Origin: Lophium mytilinum
Lineage: Eukaryota
Assembly (NCBI GenBank): GCA_010093605.1
Contig: MU004188.1
Span: 933,673 to 997,672, forward strand
Reading direction: 5' to 3'
Length of the DNA stretch: 64,000 nucleotides
Shown here: positions 38,666-50,841 of the stretch, piece after piece
Layout of the letters: each line of letters opens with the position of its first letter
Numbering within the stretch: position 1 is the stretch's first letter
Program-made: the position numbers and the translations under genes
Notes under the pieces: model-generated
Seen by the model: the letters and a program-made list of their open reading frames with translations, nothing else
Databases searched by the model: none
What the model was told of the DNA's origin: nothing

Positions 38666-41600
38666 TCACAAAGCGTAGGGGTTCAGAGAGCGAATCGTCA
38701 GACACCTGCAACGGGATGAGTCAGTACTTCCAAATTGTTCATTTGGGTTCGAGTTTACTTACGGTGGGCTCTTTGTCAGATCTGTTTTCAAGATCACGGG
38801 CACTCGCGACATCTCTCGCACGTCCTGGATGTAGTCTCCGTTCTCTTCTCTTAGCGCGAACCACTTCAGGTACTTCTCCTTGTTTGTGAGCTTCGCTTCA
38901 GGCACCTCGCTGGCACTCTGGGCAAGCTTCGAATCCGACTTGACCCGGTGGGGCGTTTGGCTTGAAGCTAGACCATTCCTCGTCGGCGACGGTGGCATGC
39001 TTTGTGTCGGACGGTCAGCACCCGTTGGATTGAGGGAAACACCCGCCGTCATGCCAGCTAGGTCTTCCATATCGTCCTCGTCATCATCGAAGAGAGCGTC
39101 AACGTCGTCGGTGGAAATGGTACCAGTGTCCATCTTCTTGCGCTGAGCTTCCTCGTGTTCTTTGGCGCGTTGCTTGGCAGCCTCTGCGTCACGAGCAGCG
39201 GCAGCAGCGTTGGCAGCACGAAGGGAGCCGTGTTTCGGACGCTCATCCTCGGGAATGTACGTAGACGACGGCACACCCTTCTCCCAGAAGAGTTCGAGCA
39301 GCCTCTTGTTCTTGTCGAACTCGGCTTTCTTCAGTGGCAGCTGATCACAGTGCACGCGCTTTTCGAATCCGTACTCTGGAATGAGTACATCGAAGGCGGA
39401 TTCGTAAACGCAGAGGACGATGCCTTCGCTGATGAGATCGCCGCCCAAATCCAGGCGCTTTTTATCCATCTTCCTGCATGATTCAATGTGCACGCTCTGC
39501 TCTTGTGCGGCATGAGCTGAATCCTTCTTTGTGTTGCACATTTCAGCCATCTTGGCCAGAGCTTCAATGTCATCCGCGAATTCGATGGCGCCGTTAGACA
39601 AAACGGCCTCAAGCTGGCGGTGAACAACGATGTCTGCATATCTTCGAGACGGGTTGGTGAAATGTGTGTACACAGGCAAGTTCAGAGCATAATGCGGGTG
39701 CTGATCTTCTGGCACCTTGCCGGCCACGCTGTACTTGGCACGCTGCATAGATTTGATCATAAGGGTTTCCATGCCCTTCCGAATGTCGTCGTCGTCAACC
39801 TTGAACAGGCTGTTCTGCAAGGTACCGCTGCTGGCGGTGTCGATGTCGTAGCCAATGGCGTTCATCCTGTCGGCGATGGTTTCGAGACGGCGGGGGTTTG
39901 GCGACGGATGGCGTCTAAGCAGGGCCTTCTCAGGAAGCCCGGCGAGGATCTTCTTAGCCACAAAAGCATTCGTCTTGTGGCTGAGCTCCTCGATGAGTTC
40001 ATGTGCAGGCGTCGAATCGAAGATGTTCTCCTCGACAGGAACATTTTCGTCATCAAGTTGATACATCAGGCGAAGAGGTGGAATATCAGTCGACCGGTCT
40101 CCGAATCTCGCCTGGCGGAAACGCTGCGTGATGTGGTGGAGCATCTTGATCTCGTTGCCGAACTCGGCATCTCCACGGCCACTGATGACAGAGTCGACCT
40201 CTTCGTAGGAGACCTTTCCAGAGCTCTTGATGACTGACTTGCCGACCCAAGTATCGTTCTCGGAAACAAGACCAGTTTTTGGGTCGACCTTGAAGATGAC
40301 ACTGACGGTGTAGCGGTCCTCTCCAGGATTCAGGCAGCAGATGTCCGACGACAAACGAGAGGGGAGCATGTTGACGGTGCGGTTCATGAGGTACACAGCT
40401 GTGCCCCGTTTCTTTGCCTCACGATCCACAAGCGAGTTGGCCTTGATGAAGTGGGCCACATCTGCGACGTGGACACCAATCTCAACATGACCATCCTCAA
40501 GAGATTTGAAATGGATTGCGTCGTCCAACTCCTTGGTGCCGTTAGGGTCAATGGTGAAGGTCTTCTCGCCTCGGAAATCGCGACGATTCTCCAAAGCAGC
40601 CTCTCCATCATTGGCGACGGACCAATCTTCGAAACCGACATTCTTCAAGACGGCATCGGAGAAATCGTCAGGGCCAAAGTTGTTGTCCCGCAGAAGGGCG
40701 TCCGTCTCCACTCTGAGATCTCCCATCTCACCAAGTTGCTCGACGAGGGTGCCGAAAGGATGGAGAGAAGTGATGGGCCATCGCTTGATGCAAGCTACAA
40801 AGATTCGGTTGGCGTAGTCTTGGTGCCTCTCCACGAAGTCGCGCGGTGCCTGCTCGGTTGGAATGGCGATCAAAGGAACGCGTTTGTCGGTTGGCTTGAA
40901 CCAGACAATCTTCGGCTTGTCTTGTTGACGCTCTGGCTGGTGACGTCCAGAGTTACCCTCACGAGCTTGACGCTCAGCCTCTTGCTTTTCCTTTGTGGCC
41001 TGGCTGCTGGGGCGAAGGAGGCCGAGAGTTCTGCGACGAGTTAGTCGTGTGTTCTATGACCATAATAATTATTGCACTTACCCAGAAAACATTTGGCCCG
41101 CGACGCGCTCGATGACAGCAACAATGTGTCCAGCGTAGAGTGGCTTCTGCTCATCATTGATCTCTTCCTCCTCCATGAGGAGCAGACTCTGTCCCTCAAC
41201 CTCTACATCGTCGTTCTTCTTCTGAGTCGGGCGCTGCCTCAAGCTGCCACGACGACGAATACCGCCGTCTGTGCCTGACTGGCTAGTCTCAGGCTGTGTC
41301 GTTGCATCATTGACCGCGATGCTGCCGCCTCTCGGGTCAGAACTGTCCTTCCTCTTCTTCTTTTCTTCCTTCTCGCGCTTCTGACCCCATACTTCATCAA
41401 CGTCCAAAAGTTCGACGGCTACGAGGTCGCCTTCCAGGGCACGGTTCCTGTCTTTGCTTCCGCAAATAAAAATGTCTGCATCGAGATCGGTAGTGGTAAC
41501 ATAGGCATCACTCCGATTCTTCTTGTTGACACGCAAAATACCTGCGACGAGCTGGCCGTCGCCAAGGAGTGCGGGAAGGGTTGCTTGTGGCAGATAAGGA

Positions 41601-42971
41601 GTGAAAAGAGTCTTGCGTTGCTGCTGTTGTTGCTGCATTGTCATCTGGGGCTGAGCGTGTTGGCTGGTTTGCAGTCCTCCCATTCCTTGACCATTCATCT
41701 GAGCAGCTTGGAGAGCCTGGAGATGTGCGATCTGCAGTGGGTTGAGACCTTGGCCACCGCCTGGGAACATTTGGGGCTGCACAAGAACTTGGCCCTGAGG
41801 AAGCTGAACGAGCTGAGGCTGACCGGGGTACTGGAAGTTACCCAGGGAGCCGACCGACTGATTGACTGATCCACGTGCGCGGTGGCCCGGCTGGAATGGG
41901 GCTGCACCAGCTGTCTGGTTCATGTTGAAATTGCCCATGTTCTGGGCTTGGGGATCCTGGGTAGGCTGCTGTTGTTGCTGGGGATTATTGTTGGGCTGCC
42001 GCCAGTTGCCTTCGAAGTTCCTGGATCCAGTCCTGCCATGTCCCTGGCTTCCACGTCTTTGGAAATCCGACTGGCCGGTATGGTTGCCGGCTCCGGCACC
42101 GGCATCGGCCGTCGCCTGGGGTGGAGGGAATTGGAAGTTACCTCCTCCGCGACTAGCTGGACCACCGCCGCGTCCACCAACTGCCATGCTTTGACTGCGA
42201 CCATGTGCGCCACGGCCAGCACCCATACGGCCAGGTGTGCCTTGATCGCCGGATTGAGAGTTGCCGCTGGGGCTCGAGTCACGGTTGGAGCTCGAGTTCG
42301 AGGGAGCGGCACCAGGAATTGGGAATTGGAACCCAGAGGTCTTTCGCTTTTGCTCTGCAAGCTCGGCAGCTTTCTTAGCCTCTGGAAGCGCGAGGGAATG
42401 ACGGCGTGCATGGCCGGCGCCAGCAGCACCGCCGCCGCGGCCTCGGGGGTTGACGTTCTCCCTACCCTGATTGCCTTGCTGGGCGTATTCTCCAAAACCA
42501 GAAGTCCCCGAAGATGGAGCCGGTGGGGGGCCCATTCCGACATTTGGAAGAGCAGACTGGTTCCGACGGTGGGCTGAAGGCTGTGAAGGGGCATTCATTG
42601 GTACAGCAAGATGCTGTTGAGGCATCTGCTGAGGAAACTGGAAGTTGTTGGCGTGCGGGGAGACGTTGGGCATCTGCCCCTGCATTGGGAAGTTGGCACC
42701 TGGCAGGTGCTGCTGAGGTTGTATCATGCCCATGTTGACATATTGCTGGTGAGTAGCGGCAATCTGCTGCTGCTGTTGTTGGAGGACTTCGATCTGCTGT
42801 GCGATAGCCAGTTGTTCCACTGTAATACAAAATTAGCGACCCAGAACGATATAGGAAAGTCAGGGATGGCCTACTCATTAGGGGCGTCAACTCAGACGGG
42901 CTGCGTCGATGAGCGATGTGCAGGCGACGGCCCGCAGGTCCCATGGGACCGGGATTGCCTTGCTGATCCAT
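38666..42971 (-). CDS. SSD1: RNA-binding protein Ssd1 (RNase II/Dis3L2-family pseudonuclease; GUL-1 ortholog)
   Basis: HRRSPSELTPLM, Q-rich N-terminus with several HxRxxS-type Cbk1/COT-1 sites, RKTLFTPYLPQ, GILRVNKKNRSDAY, RNB domain (YTHFTNPSRRYAD), C-terminal CLTIRSLNPY; three introns. Confidence 0.95.
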
Positions 42972-43964
42972 GTATGGTAATGTGTAGTCCAAAAGCGGTG
43001 TACAATATTTCTATGTACTCGAATTGGGATATTCGACGGAGGGTGAGGGTGGGTGAAGCAAGTACTCTTGAGGACAGCACTCGAAAACTCTAGACAGGAG
43101 ATCTGGGATCGTCAGCGAAAGGAGCTCGTACGGCACAGCAAATGACGAAATGCAACAGCTCCCGGTGAAACGGACAGGTGGACGAAGTCGATGGCAGGCC
43201 CTGATGGCAGCTATGCCAGAGGCGGAGATGAGAGCGGTAGACTTACGTTGTGGAAGAGTACTGGGAGATGCAGGATACGCCTTCAAGTGTATGGGAAATA
43301 AGAGCCTGGGGCGATTGCTAGAAACCAGCGTAGTTCTGCAAAGTGATTGACTGGAAAGCAGCTCGATGGTGTTGGAAGGATTGCGATGCTCGGGGGCGAG
43401 GGCCAAAGTCGAGGAGGCGGTGGTGGCTGCTTTCCCTTCCTGGGCACTCAGGCCGGGCAAGACAAACGGTGCGAGGGAGCGATGGGAAGGAGCGATGGAG
43501 AGAGAGCGTTGCAGACTGGAGCCGCGCGAGGAGTGAGGACCAAGGGGTTTGGACTAAGGAGGGTGGTGGATGGAGTGTGGAGTTGATGGAGGACGCCTAG
43601 CACGACACGGCGATGGCAGCACTGAAGTGGCTTTAGAAGACCCCCTCCGCCTAGCAACAACCTAGCAGCAACCCGCAAACGAACGTCACTGATAGCCCCG
43701 GCGACGACGACGCGCACGCCCAGCAGCACGAGCAGCACCACCAACACGCAGTTTCCCGACAGCCCCGAGCACGCGGGGGGAGGAGGTGAGGCTGTGCAGA
43801 GGCAGGTAGAAGCCAGATATCACCAATTGCTGTCGCGCGAATCACGCAGGTGTTTCTGGTCAGTTTCATCTGCTCAGTTTCACAGGCACAGGGCAGCAGC
43901 AGCATCTAGACGGCCAGCTTACACACCGCGGAGCCGGCAGCGGGGAAGCGAGCGGGAGGAAACA

Positions 43965-43990
43965 CTTGGGGCTTGGGCTTGGGCTTGGGC
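43965..43990 (+). repeat. (CTTGGG)4-like repeat, potential G-quadruplex
   Basis: GGGG-CTT-GGG-CTT-GGG-CTT-GGG at 43968-43989 in the SSD1/GLE1 divergent intergenic region. Confidence 0.6.
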
Positions 43991-45130
43991 GACCAGAGCA
44001 CAAAGCTACCTCAGGGCGCTCCTCGATGCGGAAGCCAAAAGCCATGGAGACAGATAGAACAATAGCTAGCAAGCCCCGTGGCTGCCAGCACCCTATTGTC
44101 ACGTCACTGGGTATCTGGCCTCTGCGCGATTATTGCGTGTTGTTATCTATCCTTGCGGTGAATGCAGCGAATCGATATCAATTCATGTCGAATGAGAAAT
44201 TACGGGATAGTCACGTGATGTAGTCCTGGCCTCGTAGTATGCGCTGTACGCATTCGTCCTCGCTTGTTATTGTCAGAACGTGCTTGTAATGAGAATCGAT
44301 GTTTGCAATTGGGCTAGTGACAGCTATAAGTCTGTCGACTTAAGGCCACTTCACTATCAGGCAATGCAGTGGCACAGTGGTGACACAGTGGCAGTTCTCC
44401 TGTTCCAAGACAAGCCGATGGCGCAAAACGGCGCAGCAAATGTACATGAAGACTCCTAATCTGAATAGCACAGAATCTCCTCGAGCTTAGAGGAATGCAG
44501 AGAATTTCATACCCTTTTTCGAGATCTGCTCGTTGCGGGCTGTCTCAGAGTCAGTCGCTCTCCTCAACGAAGATGCTCCTACTTTATTCACAGAGCACTC
44601 AATCGAGTCACCGCATCTTCCAAGCTGCCTCTCCATTTAGTCTTCTATGAGAAAAAACTTTGTCTGCTCGTGGTGAGTGATGTAAGAGTGAGAGATGACT
44701 GGGCGCAGGACAGATTAAAGAACTTCACGAGTTGAGGTCTGATTGACAGTACTCAGATCATCAAACAATTCCCTGGCATACCTTTGTAGGACATTCATCG
44801 ACAAGGGAGTCAACCTGAGTGTTCGATGCTGCACTTGGGACCGGGGTCTGTTTCGGGGTTTGCCAAGAGCGCACAGACCGCGGCGCCAAAGTTCACGACG
44901 GCTTCACTCGCATTTAGAGGGTGGTTGGGACCAGCCACTCCATTTCTACGTCGCCCTGCAAATTTTTCTTCCTCTTCTCGCCAATCTCCCTCTCCTCCTC
45001 CACCTTCCCTTCCACCTTCTCACCAACAACCACCACCCTGCGCGCTCGCTGCGGACTCCATTCCAGCAGCAGCACGCGTCCGTCTCACCACCATCCCTCA
45101 ACCTCGTTCACCGTCTCCCCGACCGCCACG

Positions 45131-46973
45131 ATGCCCGCAACTCCAGCGCACTCCTCCGGCAGCATGGAATCCGCGTACTCTCCGCCCTCCCGCTCTTCAT
45201 CCCAGTCCCCGATCCGATACGCCTATGACAGTCCTACCCGCCAAATCTACGCGGAAACCGATCGCCGCCGCCGTCGCTCCAACCAGCGTGCTCTGGAGAT
45301 GATTGACAGCCCATCTCGTCAGCTCATGGTCGAATTCGGGCAGATGATGCTCCATTCAGAGGCCATCCATAATCTACGTCTCGACCAAGCCACCGCCGAC
45401 TATGTTAAGCCTCAACAGGAAATCCTGGCCGCTGCCGCCACTCAACACGCCCGACTTCTTCGGTATGCGGAGGGTGAGCTCAGGATCGAGCTCATGGAGC
45501 TCGAGAGACAGCGTATCGAGGCAGAGATTATGCAAGCCCGTCGCGATGAGGCCAAGCGGATCGAACTCCTCCGTATCGAGCGCCAGAAGGAGGATGAGGC
45601 CCGGGAGGAGCAGAAGCGCGCCGCAGCCGAACAGCGAGAGAAGGAGCTTCGTGAACAGCAGTTGAAGGCAGAACAAGAGAAGGAAGCACGCCGCGTAGCC
45701 GAACTCGAGGCCGAGCAGCAGAGACAAGCCGCTCAAGCTGAAGCCGACAGACAAGCTAAAGCCGCAGCCGACGCTGAAGCCGCAGAGAAGGCTAGACAGG
45801 CTGCTCTACAGGCTCAGCAATCCCAACAAGCGTCCCAAGCGCCGACCGCAACTGCACCCGTTGCCATTGCTCAACATCCCCAGCTATCTCCGTCTACCCT
45901 GACTGCGACTCTCTTAGAACGCAAGACCGCGGAGCTTGCCGCTCGTGAGGCCGAACACAAACGGTATCTGGATCTGCACAAAGCCCTCAAGATATTCAGG
46001 AACGATGTAGAGGCTCACAACAAGGATCACGCCCAAGATCCCAATGCCCTTGGCACCATTCGACGACGAGTGACAGCTGAGGCCGGCAAAGTCAGCGCCA
46101 ACAAGGCTGCCAATGCGAAAGCTGTAAGTGTTCGTTCAATTGCATAATCAGAGACTTTAGCTGACGCAGTGATTCTCGCAGGCTGCTGCAGTTCGTGAAA
46201 TCCTCCGAGAAGGTGTTTCCGCCAAATTCTCCTACATGTCCACTGTGGATGTTCGCAAATACATCGTCCGACCCATCCCAGCAATTTCCCAGGACTCTGA
46301 GGCGCAATATCCCACTATGCTCTTATACCTCCTCAATATTTTGGCCAAGCGTATCGTGAACCAATTTGTCTCCGAAGGCATCAAAGACTACAACCCCATC
46401 GACCCCCTTGGACTTATGGCAGTCTCTATCTTCTCCGATGACGAGTTCAAATGGAAGGGCGTTTCCTTGTTCGATTTGGTGCTTGCCAAGCTACACGCAC
46501 AATGCGCGGTTCTGTTCGGAATCTACGGTAAAGAGAATACTGAGCAGGGCCGAAAACGTCTCGGATGGCGTCGCGAGGGCGGTGAATACGACGATCCCAC
46601 TACCTACATGGATAGGGTGCGAGCCCTTGGTGCCGGATTTGCCTCGATGACTCTGCGCCAATTCAACAAGAAGATCCCCCCGATCCCAGCCATCGAGTTC
46701 TGGCGCGCGTTGGAGTGCATCATCAACGTCCCGTCCGAGGAAGTCACTGCCACTCACTACTACGTTCTGCAAGGCATGTTAAAAGGATTCGTCGAGAAGC
46801 TCATCATTCAATTTGGCCCCGAGGCGCTGGTCGCAGTGAAGATGGCGGTGATTGACTTTCCGAAGAGAGTCACTGAGAAGACCCCTAACGCGGATTCAGT
46901 GCGCACTGCAGCACGCACCGTCGAAGTTCTCGCAGATGTCTGGAAGCGTGATCTCGGCCTGACTTTGGCATAG
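45131..46973 (+). CDS. GLE1: mRNA export factor / nucleoporin Gle1
   Basis: E/Q/R-rich coiled coil followed by a Gle1-like C-terminal domain (LLYLLNILAKRIVNQF, LFGIYG.E.TEQGRKRLGW, LGAGFASMTLRQF); intron 46124-46181. Confidence 0.8.
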
Positions 46974-47279
46974 TTTCACACCTTCACACCGGCGCTTTGG
47001 ATCACAAGCATGCATTTGGTGGAGTTTACGGTCATCAGCATCACCTAGGCGGTGTTTATCTTGTATGTCACGACGGTTTTGATAACCAAGTTGGCGATAT
47101 CAATTCAGTACTCATCTTCTGAGTAAAAAGATTCATGACGTAACATGAGATGCAAACGATAAAAATGAATACAATTACATACTGTCTCGTATGCCAAGGC
47201 CGTGTTTGTGACTGCCAGCTAACTATTTGCCTATACCCTCGTATTCCATGCCTTCTCCCGTGCACAGTGACCTTTCCTC

Positions 47280-47906
47280 CTACAGGTCCTTCACAGCAAT
47301 AGGCTCCCACTCCTCAATCTTCTTGTCCGTTTGCACTGACACGACTCGGCCTCCAACCCACCCGCCCATCTCCCCCTTCCCTCCTAAGTCTACCCCCGCA
47401 TTCTCGACCACTCCCCCTAGCTCGCTTAACTCATCATCCGAGACCTCGATCGCCGAGCTGGACGCCCTTAGCACGCTGCCACACGTAGCTCGGGAAAGAC
47501 AAACTCACTAAAGCAAGCTCAAATGCGGCAAATAAGCCTCCTCTACCCACTTCTCTGCCTCCCCAGCTCTTGCCTCAACCACTTCCCGTGCAATTTTCGC
47601 TAGCCCGCTCACTCCGTCCTTGCGTACGCGTACAGTGATTTTCTTAACAAAGATATTCCCGACCTCCAGCTTCTCGAACTGCACGGAGACTTCTGCAGCT
47701 GGTGGGAAGCGCTTCGCCAGCTCATCTAGCCAGGCTTGCGGATCAGAGCTATAGATTGAAGAGGGAATATCGGAGGTCAGAGTCACGTGGGGGAGGAATG
47801 TGTAGGGAGAGCTGAAGCGGGTGCTGGTTTTGGAGATGAGGGACGTTAGGAGAGGGGTGAGGGGATGCGAGGGGGGTGGGAGGAGCCAGAGGGATGAGCC
47901 TGGCAT
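47280..47906 (-). CDS. CPD1: 2',3'-cyclic-nucleotide 3'-phosphodiesterase (2H family, Cpd1-like)
   Basis: MPGSSLWLLPP start, two HxT/S motifs (PHVTLTS, PHLSLLY), one intron, C-terminal V.VQTDK.IEEW. Confidence 0.8.
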
Positions 47907-48215
47907 GACTACGGCTTAGATACCTATGTACCTAAGTAGCAATAGAAAGATGAATGTTTCAAATCTAATAGAGGAACGACTTCGAGCATCTTGACCGGGA
48001 CCGGGGCCTCAGCCCTGGGGATCCACATGCAAGACGCCACAATGTGGCGCTTTCACATGCGTCTGAACCATGGAACCGCATTCATCATCCCTCACACGTC
48101 TCAAAAGGCCGACGCCATGTGCACCCATCATCCCCAAAGCCTCCATATCCCCGAATGTCAGCGGCGAATCAGCCATGTTTCTTGCTTCTTCTGATGGGCA
48201 GCTCCCGGCATCATC

Positions 48216-50166
48216 ATGCTACTAGACAGCACCAGGGTTTACGCCGTGCTCAAGGTGGTATTTAACTGCGTGATTGACGTCGCGTTCTTCTGGCAGCTGG
48301 TACGTCCTTTCCCCACGCCATGTTGCTTGTGATTTACGTGTGCTGTTACTCTCGTTCAAGCGTTGTTCCTAGTGTCTTACACACGGTCTAATACGCGATG
48401 TTGCAGAGGCTGTATTCCTGGTGGACACGCAAGTCCACCCAAGATATCTTACTCGAAACCGTCTCAGAAGCGCGGCTGTTCGAAGAATGGGAAGCTTCAG
48501 CGTTCCAGCTCGATGAGGTGCTGGGCTATGATCTATGGTATACCATCCATCGCGACTCCCAAGGGGCATGCACTGACACCGGACTTCATAGGCGCCAGAA
48601 TCCAACGAGTAAATTCTACGACTATCGCCTCATCTACGAACGCCTCCAAGCCATCATCGAAGCCCGAGAAGAGGACGACATACTCGGTCTCGTAAACCTC
48701 CTGCGGTCGGGTCTAGTGCGCAATTTAGGAAATATAACGGCCCCGCGACTGTTCAATCGCGCGTATGCGGGCACGAAGCTGTTGATCGAGGACTACATCA
48801 CACAAGTCGCGCTAGCGATCGACTACGTGACTTCATATCCCACGTCTCCGGGCTCGGAAAGCGGCCTTACGAACCAGGCGAAGCTAGATGTGTTACACGA
48901 TACCCGCCAGGCGTTTGGGAGGTCGGTGCTCGTGCTGCAAGGCGGAGCGATCTTTGGCCTTTGCCATCTTGGAGTCGTGAAGGCGCTCCATCTTCGTGGA
49001 TTGCTGCCTCGTATCATCTCGGGAACGGCAACCGGGGCGTTGATTGCGGCGTTAGTTGGTGTTCATACTGAAGATGAGCTTCTGGGGTTCCTTACTGGCG
49101 ATGGAATCGATCTGACTGCGTTTGCTAAGAGCGCGGGAGTTGTTGGGAAAGATGGCGAGGTGGGGTTCAGTAGAGGGCAGAGTGGGTGGTTTGCAACGTT
49201 GAGCAGGCGTGTCAAGAGATTCATACGCGAGGGGTATTTCCTAGATGTAGGAATATTGGAACAGGTTGTAAGGGCAAATGTGGAGGACTTAACCTTCGAG
49301 GAGGCTTATGCCAAAACAAAACGGGTGCTGAATATCACTGTCTCGACTACTGGAGGCGGAGTTCCGAACCTACTGAACTACCTCACAGCTCCGAACGTGG
49401 TATGTTACTCTTCGAAGACACGCTTCTTCGGTACTTATCATAGCTAACGCCTTTATAGCTCATCTGGTCAGCAGCACTCGCTTCCAACGCCTCTTCCGGC
49501 GCCCTCTATCACCCCGTCACCCTCATGTGCAAGGATGAGTCTGGTGCCGTCGTCCCTTGGACCTCCGCCGAAGAAACGACCTTCAAACCCTGGACACATG
49601 CCAGCTACTCTGACCGCGAGTCTCCTCTAACCCGTATTGCTGAGCTCTTCAACGTCAACCACTTCATTGTCTCCCAAGCGCGGCCTTACCTCGCCCCCTT
49701 CCTCCGCTCAGACCTGCACCACCCGAACCCACGCCAGGACGGCAAATGGAGTCTCTCAATGCCCATCCTACGATTAATCGTCATGGAAGTGCAGCACCGC
49801 CTTCATCAGCTTGATGAGATAGGGTGGTTGCCCAGCAACATCAGGCGCTTCCTCCTAGACGAGAACGTACCAGGGGCGAGCTTAACGTTAGTGCCAGAAC
49901 TCACGCCAGGCGACTTTATCAAGTTACTCGAGAACCCTACGCGCGAGAGTCTAGAGTACTGGATTCATCGCGGCGAGCGCAGCGTGTGGCCTGCGGTAGG
50001 CGCACTAAAAGTTAGATGTGCCATTGAGGTGGAGTTGGATCGGGGATATCAGCTAGTCCGGCGCCGGAAGCCATTTGATCCTATTCAAGGTACGGGATTA
50101 AGGAAAAGCGGGAGCACAGGCATGAAAAGAAGGGAAAGAGCGAGTAGTTTCGGGGGAATGGGGTAA
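48216..50166 (+). CDS. Patatin-domain triacylglycerol lipase family protein (Tgl3/4/5-like)
   Basis: AFQLDEVLG, LRSGLVRNLGNI, QAFGRSVLVLQGGAIFGLCHLGVVKAL, LTFEEAY, LNYLTAPNV, ELFNVNHFIVSQ; three introns. Confidence 0.88.
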
Positions 50167-50841
50167 CTATCTGACGGAATTACGAAATATGAAAAATGAG
50201 TACATCAAGCCTCGTCGCTTACCGATCTATACAACCTCTAGCCGAGGAAAAGTTCTTGAAGCATGCCGCTCACCTTAGCAACAATAATATCACAACCACA
50301 TATAGAACTAATTTCAAAGATCCCAGAAGTCCGCATGAATCCCCGCATCATGTGCCACCAACCCCCCCAGTCCCATCCACCCCAAACGGCATCGCTTCCG
50401 CCAAAAACCACTCCGCTCAACACTATCACCAGGGCAATAACTATTACTCGCAAATCAGAATTATCGGCGTCAGCCATCACATTGATCTCTCCGGGTGAGG
50501 CGTCGGTTGCAACACCCTTGCCCCACACCCCGCATCGTCCATTCTTCCACGACTTGGAATCTGGCGGACGCAAGAACTACCGCCGCCCCGGCGTGGTACC
50601 TAGGTAGCTTCATCGTCATGCCACCGGCGGCATCCCCGCCTTTGTTGCAGAAGATGTCGCGGGGGGTGCCGCTCGGGGGAAATGTTGGCGAGAGGGGAGA
50701 GTGGCGGGATTTCTGGAGATGGTAGGTGTTGTGTTGGGTTATATATATTGGTTCTTGTCCCCTTCTTGGATTGATGTTTTCTGGTTAGGCTTCTTTGTCT
50801 TGTGATTTGGGCAATTGAAGTCAGTCCTTACGCGATTCAGG

